Shown: positions 13,330 to 33,340 of the stretch, piece after piece
Numbering within the stretch: the stretch's first letter is position 1
Layout: the number at the start of each line of letters is the position of its first letter
Assembly: GCF_009914755.1 (NCBI RefSeq)
Contig: NC_060942.1
Direction: 5' to 3' (one strand)
DNA: 64,000 nt
Origin: the human T2T-CHM13v2.0 reference genome, Homo sapiens
Program-made: the position numbers and the translations under genes
Notes under the pieces: generated by a model
Told to the model about the DNA's origin: nothing
Database searches by the model: none
The model's input: only the letters and a program-made list of their open reading frames with translations

Positions 13330-13790
13330 TGTAGTGAACACTGTTTTTCATCGGCTTTCCAGCATTCATCCCCCTTCCCCTTTTAGTAACTGTATCTGAT
13401 CCTCCTACCCTACTCTTGTTTCATGTGTTTTACAGAATTTACTCCACCAATGGCTCCAAAACTAAATATGTGGCCTATACACTTTCCATTTCTCTGGCCT
13501 CAGCAATTGCTTCAGGGATAAATATGTAACCCAATCATATGGGGAAGATGGAAGGCTGGAGCTGCTGCAGCTATGTTGCTACTATGAGAGGATAACCTGT
13601 CTGAGAATAGAAATAACAAAAATGGAGCAGGACCAAGAGATCTCTGAGAGAAGACCCATAATTATGAGACACTCAATCAACCATATGTAAACTTAGCCCT
13701 ACTGTTACAATTTTGAGTCACCCAAGATAATAAATTCCCTTCTGCTTACACCATTTTTGACTAAATTTTGTAACAGTTTCAAGAGATTCA
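13330..13790 (+). mobile_element. Older MLT1 (J/K/L-type) LTR remnant
   Basis: tgcttcagggataaatatgtaacccaatc...gctgcagctatgttg...aataaattcccttc motifs. Confidence 0.5.
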
Positions 13791-16700
13791 TATGTGTTAA
13801 ATCTGCCAGTTCTTAACATTGCCCTCCTTCAGTTGCTTTCAGCCATCACTGATACCAGATTGTTTTCTCCTGGTTTACTTCTAGACTTAAAAATAAAGTG
13901 AAGCCTTTGTTCAGGTGTTTCACTGATAACTTCATCAATGAAATAATTTGATTATTATCTACATAAAGTTATTTTTTAGGAAAAATGTTAACCAGATTTC
14001 CCATTTCTAAATGTGTACTTCATAGCTGCTTTCATTTCTAGCACTTAGTCTTGCAGTCTGCAGGCTGTATTACAGAGACCTTTAGTCAGTTGCATCTCAA
14101 TGGCCTGAAAGAGCAGACAAATTGTCTTTAATTTTTTCCTGGGGGAAAAATATACAAGAGCATCTCTTCATATTACATATGGATTTAGATTAGATTGAAT
14201 ATACCCTCAATTTTGTGCTACTGAAACTAATATAGTTTATGTTTTGAAATACATTCTTAAAGTTTAGTTTATATATTAACAAGCTAATTTTTTAATGTTT
14301 ACACATTCCTGCATCAAAACTGTGCTTCCAAATCTTTTAGAAAATTTTCCTAATTTCTGATTTGATTCATAACATAAACCAAATGTACTTTTGATTCTAA
14401 ATATCGAATTTAATTTATTATGTATCCAGTGCAATTTATCATATATACATCCTTTTGTAATTATTGAAATTCTGTTTAAAAACTATAGAGTCAACATATT
14501 CATTTTCCACAAGCTTTAGGCATAAAAGCCATACTATTCATACTGTATATATATTTTACCTGTCAGCTGCACAATTTTCATACATTCAAACAACTGAATG
14601 ACAAAATACAATTTTAAAATTTCTCCTATAGGTGGAAGTATATATTGATTGAGAAAGAAAGAATAAAACAAAGAATACCCTCATGGATTTGGATATACCA
14701 ATTTTTTGTCTTCCTTTCTTGATGTCTATTTCATAATGTCATAAGGTCATGATTTAGAAACTGATTTAGAAATTCTATAAAGTCATTACTTTGAATACAT
14801 AGATTCTCTGTTGATCATACATATTATTAAAACTTTTATCCTTTTTGTGTTTTAAGCAGAATTATCATAGATTATCACACACCTTAGTCATCATTGAAAT
14901 AGAATTTTTTTTGCTATTTTATACATATTAACAGTTTATCTGAGTGTTTAGATATTATGTATTATTAAGAATTGTAACTCATTATAAAAGATTATTTCAT
15001 AATGATATATATCTTAATGTTGTCATTAAAACTTCAGTTTTGACAAAGCACTTCCACATTTATGCTAAGTTTAGGCTACTAAAATAGAGGTAATATTTAA
15101 AAACATCAAATAATTACCTCAACAATGTACCCAAAGTATTATTTACCATATTGACAAATACCGTCTTCCTTATGTGTACATAATGTATTGTATATGTTTA
15201 CATCTTTTTATACATCACTTCAAATCGTTATCTTTTGTGTATAAGATGTATAGAGGTATATGCATATAAGCAAAAAGTAAATAAGAACAAAAATTATTTA
15301 CTAAGTATAGACAAAGTACATATAGTTTTTTAAAAAGCAACAACCAGTTTACAGCATCTAAACCTTTCTTTTGTCAGCTATACTGTTTAAAATATCTTCT
15401 CCCCCTGCAGCATTACCCTAGATACATAGTATCTACTCTGGTGGATGGTGCCACTAGTACTTAAGGGGCACATCATTATTGTTACCTTTAAGCAGGGATT
15501 TCCTAAGAAATGAGTACTTAAAAATTAGATAAGAATCCAATAAAGGAGAAAGATGGCCACTACTAAGAAATCATACACACACTTGTATATTAATGTTCAA
15601 ACGTGTTGCATTTAGGGCAGAACTTCCTCCAGTGTCTGCAGTAGCACTTGTATCAAGCTGCTCTATTCAGCCTGCTGCTATGACAACTATCGGGGGCAAA
15701 TATCAGGTCAGCTCCCTGCAGCTGCGTCTTGGTATAATTGCTTTGTCAAAACTAATAGCTGCCTTCTTTTTCTCAGAACAGTGAAAGGCAACAGTAGCCA
15801 AAGAACTAAATGCTGGGACATTCTTTATCTGCTCCACTGCCTACACCCTTGGTTCTGACCATATTGTACTTGTGATTTTCCCTATTTGGTGCTAAAACTG
15901 TGTTTAATATGCTGTTGGACAATATTTTAAACTACGGCATTAATCCCAGTGAGTACCTCTCTATTGGGCCATCTATTACCATTCTCAGGCACCAGCATTC
16001 CTATCGTGTGGTGGGCTTCTCACTCAAAGCCTCTTCCCCTCCCTAAAAGTAAACTTTTTGTGATGCTATGCAAGAAGTTACATATGGATATTTATTACGT
16101 ACCTACCCTCATCCCAGTATGTAAATACACATATTTAGGGCTCACTGTGATAAAAAGGCAATGCTGTTTTATTCCTACAAAGTGATATAAAATTGTCGAG
16201 TCAAACAATTGTTGAGTGCAAAAGACATCTGGAGGCCATTACAATGTTAGCGGGGAATATAATTAATTACTAAAATATGTAGTGCTGATAGTTGTTGCTA
16301 CATAGAGAACTAGAAAAGGGACTTAATTTTGTGGACTAATATTTGATCTAGGGTGTTGTTCTTAAAGCAGGTGCACTTTGAGATGGGTCTACAAATAAAC
16401 ATAGGAGTGAAATTGAACTGAGAAACTGCCTGGATAAAGACACCCTGGTGGAAAGAGCTAGGACAGCTGTGCCACTCTCAAATATATCTCAATCCCCCAA
16501 GTATCATTTATGCAGAAAGAAAACAGGAGCAACAAGGAGGAAACACATTTCTTACTTGTGTAAATTTCAGTCATAAATAATAATAGTGATAATGTATACC
16601 TGAGTTTTTGAAAAAAATAAATGAGAAAATATGTTAATACAAATTTAAAATATACAATAACACACAAATATTAGTATGATTATGTATGATGTGCTCTGCA

Positions 16701-17599
16701 TACATGTCCTGACTTATTTTACAAATGTAGTCAAAATGATACTTTGATAACTGAATAGTGAAGAACTTGGAATTGAAACCTGGATCTGGTTTTTGAAATA
16801 GTTTCAACAAATTTTGTAGCTAGAATATAAATTATCAAATAAATGATAGTTGACAAATTAATTTAATGTAAAGACCTATAGAAAGCATCTTGTATTTTAA
16901 AAAAACTAGCTCAAATGCAGGATTCTGTAAAAAGATTTAAAGAAACCCATTGTTAATTGGACAGTTCCCTAGAAAGAAATTTTCCTCACACATACAGAGA
17001 CTCAAAAAATCCTGACAGATTCATTGGACTTCTCAAATTTGCTTGATAGGCAATAATTAATGATATAAAAATGCAATTAAATTAAACTAATGTGACTTTC
17101 TGAGTTCTGCAACCAACGTAGTATTCAAATTCTTGCATGCTATGAATGTATGATGACATTAACAGTTGAAATTTATGAAGCATTCTGATTTTCATTTTTC
17201 AGAACATTACCCTGAAATCCAAAGGGAGCTAAATATTTTGTGCTGTGTTGGTCTTTTTTCTCCTTTTTAAAGGGAAATTCTGTTTCCAGTGGCATATGTA
17301 AAATGCTTTGAAAAAAGGAAGGAAGGAAGGAAACAAGAAAGGAAGGAAAATCTATGCTGAAAGGAGAATTAACTTTTCCAGGCCCATTTGTTTTATAAAA
17401 TAAATTTGTTGAGCTAAGTGGCCTGTAAAGTTCCCTGTAGCTATAACTTTTTTAATGAGTCTAATATGTCGTGTAATAAATAATTTTATAATTTGAATAA
17501 TTTGAAAATAAAGGATCCTCTTTTGAAAAGTTGTATACTATCAATTCTCAAGTATAGCAACTTTGTGTACATGCCTACATATGGATTTAAGACATCTTA

Positions 17600-17911
<312 letters not shown>

Positions 17912-18112
17912 TCACTACTTTCAATTCTCTACTGTATTTGTTATTTAAAGTCCTAAATCAAGGCTACCTTTTTCCTCTGCCTTCTTAGATGTCTTCTGAA
18001 AACAATCTCTTCCATGCTACATATGTAGCAAAGATAAAGAAATAACCAACAAGAAAGACATTGGTAGAGTAAAAGGCTTTGCTTTAGTTGCTGGGTTTTT
18101 AGATGGAAATAA

Positions 18113-18417
<305 letters not shown>

Positions 18418-21400
18418 AAGAATTTTTTCCTCTAGAAACTTTTCATTCACATTGAACTATAGTATTTTATTAATTAAGTTTATAGTTACAGCTATAATCT
18501 TTTTATGTACTTTGGCTCTCTGTCCTTTTTCCAGAAGTTAGAACCATGAGTTTTATTAAATGTCACTTACATTTTCATAGAGGAGTTGGGAACAAGAGAC
18601 TAACCAGAAACATGATGAAAAACGTGATTGATCCTGCCATGTTCTGGGAGTTTCCTGAGTGCCAGAGTGTACTACTCTGTTTTCTTAAGTAATAAAACCA
18701 AGAAAATCTACAATAAGCACCTGGAATGTAACTGGAGAAGTGGTTTGATCTTATTGTAGGACTTTCAATTAAACTGTATCATGTAAAATGCTATTTTGAT
18801 GGTGTATTAAAGGCAAAACATTAAAAGGAACTTAAAAATAAATGTAACTTGGGTTTTGGTCCATATTCCTATCATTTTTCTCCTGATGAAGCTATAGGTA
18901 AGGGCTCATAGAAAATAGCTTTGGAAAACTCCTAAAGCAATGAGAGGGTGTCCTCTTTCCTCACTGTATCTCCTTAACAGGGTGTAAATAGGAACAAGTA
19001 CAGCCTGTCCTGCAGTCATCTAAGAGTCAGTGTGTGGACTGTTGACACTCTCCCAGGTTTAAAAATACATTATTGACAAAGGAAGACGACACTGATAACA
19101 CAGCAAAGATTGGGGTTCTTCCTGAGGGTGGAAATTTGAAAAATGTATAAGGATTTATCCATTTCAGGAAAGTTGATCTTTTGTCATGAAATGAAGATAC
19201 ATTGATTATATTTTGGAAAGATTTTAACTAAAAATACAAGTAAAAAAAAGTAAAATAAATTTAAATCAGTAATCTCCAGCTCTTTAGAAATCCCAGTTAT
19301 GTAGAAACACTAATGCCCCAAAGTGCTAAATAACTGAGGTAACAAGTATGTGTTCCTCGAGGCCACAAGTCTCACCATATGGACCACACGAGACATGTCA
19401 CACATGACACACCGCTTCCTTTAGGAAGCATAGCCCAATTTCCCCAGCTATTATATTATCTAACTCCATAATGAATTTGTGACTCTAGTTCAGTTTCTCT
19501 AATACACATATATTGTTGTTTCACAGTAACTAATGGGTTTTAAAGTGGACAGATTGAGGAGAAAGGACAGGGCAAGGAATGAACAAATTATGAGAAATAA
19601 ATTATAAAAATGAATCCACGTGGCATAAACCAAATATGTCAGGTCTTCGTTTATCCACTAAGCCTAAAAATAATTGGTTTAAAAATAACATTAACAAAGA
19701 TGTTGTCTTCATGGAGATCCCAGTAAACCATATGTTTCCCTGTCTTTGGCACCAAAAGTGTATCAACATCGTAGGTTAAATATTTCTGTCGTAATTTAAA
19801 CCACCTACTTGTATCCTGCTGATTATTTCCTTGAAATTAACAACAGCCTAAACCAAAGATGTATCTCAAAAATTTAAAACATCAAATTTTCCATATAAAT
19901 GTGGGAGAATGCTTAATGAAACCAGAAAACCAAACAGTAAAGTAGAATGAGTAATGGAAAGAAAAACATCAGAAATTGTGGCTCATTTCCAACTTCTTGA
20001 AAAAAACCAGAGGTCACTCAGAAGAAATAAAGTTTCTCAGCTTCAGATTCTCCATCCATGACGAGGGAAGCCATCTACATGTCTCACAGTACTACTGAGG
20101 GACCAATACAATGACATTTATACTTCACCACTCAGATATATATTGATATATCATTACATAAATATGTGCACTAAGGAAGAAATTTAAACAGAAGTACTCT
20201 TATTCTAAAGTTTTTTTTAAAAAATGCATTGTTTGATGAAAACAATAATGTCTGTTTAAGGAGGCACCACTAAAAAGCAGTCTTTAAGATAGGAAGAATA
20301 GAAATCTTGGTATGTACTTACATAAGCTAAAATTATAGTTCGTTAAACTTGAATTCTTAATTAGCTGAGCTAATGTGGCATGGAAGAATAGACATTCCCA
20401 AATCACTCATGTTTAGTTCAGAAATACCCTGTAACCATAAGATTATTTTGTAGCAGTTAATATTCATTATTGCTTTTTGGCATATGCTCAGATTTAAATA
20501 TCATTGCATTTAAATAGAAAACCTGAAATGAGAGGTGAATGGGAAAGTGATTCCCACAGTATCGGGATCTCACTTTTCCCATAGTCTCATCTACACCCCA
20601 TTGTCTGTTTGCTTCTGAAACTTCCTACAAATTGGGCATAGTCTTCTTTACCACTCCTCTCTAGCATGTACTTACAGTCTACGTAACTTCACAGGACATA
20701 AGGACATAGAAGACCCCTGCACCTCTATGCCCAGTCATCTCTTCTTTGATTTCTTCACAACAATCTCAAGTTTCCTCCATAAGAAACTGCTGTTTTTGAT
20801 AGTCAAGAGCCTCTCTCATTTGGAAACACCTCATTTGTATGGAATACCCTCCTCTAGCTTTTCTGTCAATATCTTCATTAATCAAAAGGTCTGCCTTAAC
20901 AGTTCCTCCTCTAGGAAGCCCTCCTGGATTCCTCAGGCAGTTAGCAATGCTCCCCTGGCTCTCACAGCAATCTGATTACAGACTTATAATTTCATTTACC
21001 ATGCTAATTTCACTTATCTTTAACAGAATGTGAGTTGATTGAGGAAAGCCATTATGTCTTATTCATATTCATCTGCAGTATACAAACACCTGCTCAGTGG
21101 TGATATTGTCAGAATTAAGAATATGATACTATAAAGTGCTAAGTACATACAAGTAAATCTGGCACTTAGTAAAAATTCTCAGTAAAAGTTATTCTTCCTC
21201 ACTTGTTTTGTAGCTTCTTTACTGAGTAAAATATCTGCCATATGATGACTGCTTAATATATATTTGCTAAATAAACAAGCTATTTTAGGACCTATTTAGA
21301 AGTATTTTTATCCTACTAATCATATTCCTTGTTGATACAGATATATTAAATACTTAAGAAAATAACTAGAACAGTTCAAAAACCATGGAAAATTTAGAAG

Positions 21401-22786
21401 TTTATAACTTCTGTCATTAAAAACTTATCTTTCAAGAACTCAAATTAGAATTCATTCATATTTAAAATCCAGCCACACTGGTAAGCTAGTACTGAAAGAA
21501 TACAAGTTAGTAAGGCAATTATTTTGCTTACATGTACCAACAGAATTCAGGTCTAATATTCTTTCATGTACAGCAAGTACAAAATTCCAGCAAAATTATT
21601 TTAACCATGTTACTAAATATGATATTATGTGCACAAGGAATTCAAGTTTTTAAATTAGAATGGTAAAAGTCCATTGTAGATATTTACTGGTGATATCTAT
21701 CTGTAAAACATTTTAATTTAATATGTATATATTTGTGTTTCCTTCATTTTTATGTTTATAAAATTTCTATGTTTATAAAAATATAATGGAACATCTATTA
21801 TTTCAATAGCTAATTGTTTATAAATGTTATTATAACCATTCCCAGAATCTGTTCTGGACTAATAAAGGTAAGATGGTAAGTTTTCAGAAGTGATAATTTT
21901 TGTAATCACATTTCTCTGTATTGATTTTCTAATTTGTTCACCACTTTGCGATCATGAATTTAAGGTTATATTTTGATATCCACTTGTGCTAGCTATTTCC
22001 TACATAGGGAAAAAGTCATGTTGTTTTGGAAGATTACACCTTACTACACAGTACCAGGAACTTTAGAGACCATGTGAGTAGATAGATGGTTGAGTGTAAA
22101 TCCATCACTGAAACCAAAGAGCAAGTAAGTACACATTCTCCAATGCTGAGTAAACAAAAAGTATATTTATAGGTTATTAAAACTGATAAAAGCACACATT
22201 TTTTAGGACTCTCTAGCCTGACATTTTTGTGCATTCTGTTCGCAGCAAAATATTGGATTTTGTGGTATCTGTGTTGTGAATATCAAACAGAAATTTAATT
22301 TATGATAGCTTTTGAAATTAAAAAGAATATAAATGTATATCAGGAGACAACTTAAAATAGTTGAATGAAAAATAAAAAATGGAATTGTCCTTCAAGAATA
22401 AAACTGGAATTAGAAATCATATGTGACTCAGTTTTTTAGTGGGGCATGATGATATTGCCATTGATACTTAATTGCCTTATCCTTGCTAATAATTCCCTTA
22501 AACCAAAAGTACTACATTAAGTAATTTTTATCTTATGCCACATCATTGTTACTTCTAGGCTCTGGCAAATTAAAAAAACACAGGAAAGGAAGAAAGGAAG
22601 GATGGAGGAAAAATTTATTTGACATAACAAATGCAAAGCCTACTGAAAATGTGAGGACTTTGAGCCTCAAGTTCAGTCTCTTAAAAGTGGAAATAACAGA
22701 GGCATAAGGATTCACTATCAAAGAATTAATCTGACAATTTAGGATTCTTAGTCCTCTTTTCAAATCTTAGACTATTCGGTCCATAG

Positions 22787-22945
22787 CAGTGCTTTTCAAA
22801 GTCAGTGATACTACCCTCTTGGGAACATTGGGGAACTCTATAGCAGGTGCTACTGACATTAAGTAGGTGGGGTGATGGGGAAAAGTTTACTACAAGCCCC
22901 GACATTTTCCAGGCAGTCTCATGTGACCAAGAATTGTATCTGTTC
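22787..22945 (+). mobile_element. hAT-Charlie MER20-like fragment (may continue beyond the AluJ)
   Basis: cagtgcttttcaaa terminus, gtgctactgacattaagtagg and caagaattgt motifs. Confidence 0.45.
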
Positions 22946-22968
22946 CCCTGGGAATTTTTTAAAGTAGT

Positions 22969-23285
22969 GTCTGAGCACAGTGGCTCATGCCTGTCATCCT
23001 AGTACTTTGGGAGGCCGAAGTTGGAGAATCACTTGAGCCCAGGAGTTTGAGACCAACCTGGGCAACACAGCAAGATCCTGTCTCTAAATTTTTTTGTTTT
23101 TTAATTAGCCAGGTGTGATGACATGTGTTTGTAGTCCCAGTTACTTGGGCGGCTGATTCAGGAGGATTGCTTGTGCCCAAGAGTATGAGGCTACAGTGAG
23201 CTCTGATCATGCCACTGTACTCCAGCCTGGGTGACAGAGCAAGAATCTGTTTCTTAATAAAATTAAAAAGAAAATTAATAAAAAT
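22969..23285 (+). mobile_element. AluJ
   Basis: cacttgagcccaggagtttgagacc, ggattgcttg, agtgagctctgatcatgccac; A-rich tail. Confidence 0.92.
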
Positions 23286-24562
23286 GAAAGTTTTGCAGAT
23301 ATCAGTTAAAAGCCTTTTTAGAATTTTCTGAGCCTAAAACATAATCTTAGTTTGGTATAAATGCAAAGTTTTTATGTTTTTAAATATATATATTTAAAAC
23401 TGCTTTTAAATATATAATGAATTATTTAAGGAATACCACTATCATGCAAATCAAGAAAATATTGTACTATGCTTTGTTTAGAAGTTTACCAGCAGTTTCT
23501 TACCATCTGGAAAGTTCATGTCACTGATCACTGTGAGTTGTCACAACATATACATGTCAGAGGACACTTTAGCTCTTGCATTCATGTTGATTTGTGGTAT
23601 AGGTGCAAATAGTACCTGATGATTTCATTATCTCTTTTAGTGCCATAGTATCCCCACATTTCCACATTGAAATACATATTATTTTATTACATATTACTTT
23701 CTTTAATGTATTATTTACATTAATATCAGGACATTTTATATATATTTTTTAATTGCAGCCATATATAACATTAATTATAAATTGCACTTCAGGTCTTAAG
23801 GTAGGGCATTTCAAGGTAATTCTTGTAAAAAATAATGCCATGTTTTTTAGGATTAGGAATTACTGGCTTTGCGTCAAAGATTTCTTAAAGTTAAGACAAG
23901 CTTTTAATAGGCATATACCTATAAAATAAACTAAAATTCATCTTTTATAGGAATAAAATAGAAAATAAGAACACACTACCTGTTTATTAAAACCTTTAAA
24001 AACCTTGCTGCTGTGTGACCCAGTAATTCTACTTCTCATAATTTATCCTAAAAAATAGCAAGGCATCATTTTCATATGCAAATTATGATAGAAAAAAAGT
24101 AAAATTAGCACTTAATATTTAAAAAATGAGGTGGTGGAATTACTAGTAAAATTTCTTATTTATGTATTTCATTATTTCCTAATTATAAAAAATCCTATGT
24201 GATTGAGAAGAGTATTAAAAATGAAAATATTTTTAAAGTATGATTCTAAAGTCATGAGGATTGGATCAAAATGGGGCCCCATCCTGAGCAATTCTGTGAC
24301 CTGGAGAAATTTTTTCAACTTTTCTGAGCCCCAATTTCTATACTCTTATAAAAAGTATGGCAATTATAAAAGAAAGGCTTGCAAAACACTTCACATAGTC
24401 CCACATTCATATATGTTTCTGCTGTGCTGTTATTGACATTATTATTAAAGAGGATGTCAAGACCCATTAGAATGAAATGACTTGCAAAATACGTTCTATC
24501 CCAGATAAAGTATACATGTTACATAGGAGATAGAACATAGTCCAAGAACTACCCCGATGGTC

Positions 24563-27292
<2,730 letters not shown>

Positions 27293-29909
27293 TGCTTCAT
27301 TTTTCCTATATAGTATATTTTCTTCTGTGAATGAAAGTGTCATGTTGAAGCACATTGAGAAACTCAAAGATACAGGGTTTTCCCCCTAACATATGTATGT
27401 AAGAGAGAAAAATGCCAGGAGTAAAGTAAAAAGCTGAGGATGACTGAGAATAAGTGTGGACTGGCAGGCCATAGAAATAAGTTTCAAGCCATATCTTGTT
27501 AATATCACAATGTCTAAATTTAAGAATAAAACCCTATTGAATGGTGTTGCTTTCAGTTAGGTATTTGTTAAAGTTTATAAATGTTATAAAAAGGACACAA
27601 AACTGCAGAATTAAATGTGAAAGAAAAGCTGCCTCTCATAAACCATGTCTTAATCATGGTATGTTAGATAGTTTTAAAAAAAAGTCATATTAAAATTGCC
27701 CCCACGCTTACGTGGCTACATTTTCAACCTTTGCACCTGCAATTACATTTCTTTAATAATATTCCAACTTATTAGTATCCTAATAAAACAAAGAAAAATC
27801 ATGAAGAGACACAGATGACAGTGAATTCACCACTACTAAGGGAAAAAACAGTTGCAAGGAATTATACAGTTACTAAATATTTTTAGGTCCTGGGCCATTG
27901 GGTTCATGCTGGTTAATTAGCAGTGAGTTTTTTTTTTTTTTTTTGGTAACTTAGTGATGTATAAGTTTTCAGTACTTTATTTTTCTTCTTCCTGACTTTT
28001 TATTACACCACAGGTAAGTAACGTGCCATTTCCCCTTCCCTCCACTGTGTTCTTTTCAATAGAGTCAATGGTGTCACATCACAGTCAACCATTGGTTTCC
28101 CGTGTGTCTTAGCTACTGCAAAATCTGTCACCCAGCATTCCTGCTTTGTCCTTCTAGGGCAGTAACTGCTGGGCTCCTGCTGGGGAAGCCCTTAACTGGT
28201 GGTTTTATATGATCTTGTCTACAGAACTACGAACTAATTTAACTGAAAGCACTAAGAGCAGAAAACATAACAAGGAAACCCTCACATTCTCCAGAAACTT
28301 TCTACCTTAATCAGTCATCAAGCCTGTTAATAAAATGTATGTCATCCCTCAAAACCAGCAAAAATAATACACTGATAGGAGATAAATCACCAACAAGTAA
28401 CTGGTTCTAATCCCTCTTACTTTTTGCCTCTTTGTCTTCAAATGAAATGTAACCAATAACTATAAGATCTTTTTGGTTTAAGGAAAAAGAAATAATTACT
28501 AAATAATAAATATATAGAGAAAAGAACCCACAAATTTTGAGCTATGTCATAGAACTCTAAATGCGAAATCTGGCTGCCCCTTTTGAATTGTCAAAGTGAA
28601 GAAGAATTTCCTAGATAACGTAAAAAATACAAATTTTATGTTAAATCTAGAAAAATGCTATATATATTCCAAACTGCATTGGGAATGGACTTCTGTGACA
28701 TCTGATTCCTGATGAAGGAGCAGTAGGCTCCTGTCCTTGCCACTGGCTTGCTTCAGGGCTGAGGCTGCATAATAACAAGCTTCCTCTGGATTTTGGTACA
28801 AAATGGACATATGGAATAAAGTATTTAACACATCCATACCACCTCTCATGTTCATAGCTCAAAGAGCTTTATAAAATCCAATTAATTCATCAAGCTTCAT
28901 AAACTCTGAAAGACATACATAATTACATCTCTACATGTGGCTAACCACTGGCAGCAAGCAGTCAGATGAGTGGCTTAACAGAAAGCCAATTTTGAGTGTT
29001 CATGTTTTGAACTTTTGTGTGCCTACAGAAAATTGGGGGCATAATGAAGAATCTCTTAGTCACTGGAAAATTCTAAAAATTTTGAGTCAGGTTAAGAATG
29101 CACACAGGAAGAGTGATCTTCTTGCTAACATGCAAAAGAACTCTGGCTCTCTCTAGTTGGGCAAAGAGGGGTTTGATTCAACTAATAGAGGGATCCCTGC
29201 CAATTACATGCTTTGGTAGGAAGTAGAATCACTTGGTAGAAGTTTCTGTGTGACACAGCTAAGGAAATCTATAGAATTTACAGCAAGAAAAAAGTAGTTT
29301 ATACACTTTTAAGATACTAATTATAAACAGTAAACTAGTGTTTACAGTGCATAAACAGCTCTCCAGATGAAGTGAAGCACTTTGGGAAGTTTGTAGCCTT
29401 TTTTAGGCTGATATCCAGGCAAACTCTAGATTGCTAGTTATAGTAAAGTACAAAATTTTTGTAAATAAAGTAAATCATTTTCCACAAGAAAACTGCACTG
29501 CCAAAACCTTGTAAGCAGAGGCACAAATGATACAAGTCCTAAATGTTTGTTCTAGGCTATGGGTTTCCCTCCATGAACATAATACATGAAAATACATTAT
29601 AGGATTGTGAAAAGATGTCAGGCATTAGTTTTATCTAATATAAACTCATATTCTGGCTTTCTCGTGCAGCTGGTGGCCTTGCACAAATCATTCCACCTCT
29701 CTGGGCCGCAGTTTTCTTACATGTAAATGAGAATAATAATATCCTTTCTCATGGGGTTGTTGAGAATGGTAAATGAAACTGTATCTAGAAATTGCCCAAC
29801 AAGTTTTTAGTAAATCTTAAAAGAGTTTAATTTAAAAAAATTATTTCTTCATTATTCCCCACAATTCCAAAGCTTTTTGAACCCTTCTGGGTTTGAAAAT
29901 AATATTTTT

Positions 29910-31407
<1,498 letters not shown>

Positions 31408-32209
31408 AAGGATATGAACAGACACTTCTCAGAAGAAGACATTCATGCAGCCAACAAACATATGAAAAAAAGCTCATCATCACTGATCATTAGATAAATG
31501 CAAATCAAAACCACAATGAGATATCATCTCACGCCAGTTAGAATGGTGATCATTAAGCAGTCAGGAAACAACGGATGCTGGAGAGGATGTGGAGGAATAG
31601 GAACGCTTTCACACTGTTGGTGGAAGTGTAAATTAGTTCAACCATTGTGGAAGACAATGTGGCGATTCTTCAAGGATCTAGAACCAGAAATACCATTTGA
31701 CCCAGCAATCCCATTATTGGGTATATACCCAAAGGATTATAAATCATTCTGCTATAAAGACACATGCACATGTATATTTATTGCAGCACTATTCACAATA
31801 GCAAAGACTTGGAGCCAACAAATGCCCATCAATTATAGACTGGATAAAGAAAATGTGGCACATATACACCATGGAATACTATGCAGCCATATAAAAGGAT
31901 GAGTTCATGTCCTTTGCAGGGACATGGATGAAACTGGAAACCATCATTCTCAGCCAACTAACACAAGAACAGCAAACCAAACACGCATGTTCTCACTCAT
32001 AAGTGGGAGTTGAACAATGATAACACATGGACACAGGGAGGGAACATCACACACCGGGGCCTGTCGGGGAGTAGGAGGCTAGGGGAGGGATAGCATCAGG
32101 AGAAATACCTAATGTAGATGATGGGTTGATGGGTGAAGCAAACCACCATGGCACATGTATACCTATGTAACCTGCACGTTCTGCACATGTATCCCAGAAC
32201 TTAAAGTAC

Positions 32210-32241
<32 letters not shown>

Positions 32242-32254
32242 CGGGGGAAAAAAA
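31408..32254 (+). mobile_element. L1PA (PA7/8-like) 3' segment with 3'UTR and (CAAAA)n tail
   Basis: ORF2 C-terminus [26 protein letters not shown]..; 3'UTR gctaggggagggatagca...tgtagatgatgggttgatggg; TSD gaaaataatattttt (29895-29909) / gaaaacagtattttt (32255-32269) brackets both segments. Confidence 0.95.
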
Positions 32255-33094
32255 GAAAACAGTATTTTTTTGTGTGGAGATATTATTGGATATCCTCCAT
32301 TCCTAGAAACAGAGCCTTGCAATAAATATATGAGGACATATAAAAAGGAGAGAATATGGAGAGTAGGGCCAAGGACCACTGGTCCTCATTCATTCTAGTC
32401 CCTACTCCTGGTGCAGGAGTAAGAAGTCCCATTTTTAATTATTTTTAGAAGTTTTTCTTCAGTGGGTAGAAAGTCTATGAAGTAAATTTGAGCTCAATGT
32501 AAAGACCTTCAAAAACAATGATAAATCTCTGACAGTAGGAAAGTGTGTCAGTAAATAGCAGATCTTTAGTACCAGTGTGAGATTTGAGATATTAAAGCAA
32601 ATAACAAATATATCTTTAACAACATATAAACGTATGAAATACATAATGCTTTTATATGAATTGACTTATAAAATCCTCACAACAGCTCTATGAATCTGAT
32701 ATCTGTATGTCCCATTTTACAGATTAGGCCAACAGTATTTAAGTGACTGGATCAAATATCAGCTGATGACCAGCTTTGGGGAATATTGTAGAGTGATATT
32801 ATAGGTAGTATATAATATGAATAAGTCATTTAATTTTTATAACAACTCCACATGATTAAAACTATATAGGGATATTCTAGAATGTACATTAGGTGGGATG
32901 TATAGCTAGACAACAACCAGGAGAGCCCTTTTAATCCCAGAATTCTACAATCTCAATTTCTAGAACTAGCATCTGTTCTCAAATGGACTTTGCCTTTGAA
33001 ACTTCAGTATCTGAGGTAGTGTTATTAATGCCTGCTTCTAGTTAACTGATATCAATACAATGACAAAACAGCTAGCATCAGTCTTTTCTAGACT

Positions 33095-33340
33095 GAATTT
33101 ATTGATGCTTACTATGCACCAGGCAAAATGCTAAGTACATAACATGAATCTGTCATTTAAAGTTCTCATAACGACTCCACAGGATGAGTACTGTTACTAT
33201 TGCTGTCTTTCATATGGAGTAATCAAAGCACACAGAACTGGAATAGCTTGGTGAAGTTTGCACAATTAGAAAAGGTAGAGATGAGATTCAAAACCAGGTC
33301 TATTTAGTTCCAGAATGTGCTCCCCTAATCACTATGCCAG
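33095..33340 (-). mobile_element. MIR SINE
   Basis: tttattgatgcttactatgcaccaggca...gctaag...gagattcaaaaccaggtct; one of several MIR-like remnants (others near 7360-7590, 24250-24430, 29640-29820, 37810-38060, 42400-42630, 52390-52590). Confidence 0.7.
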
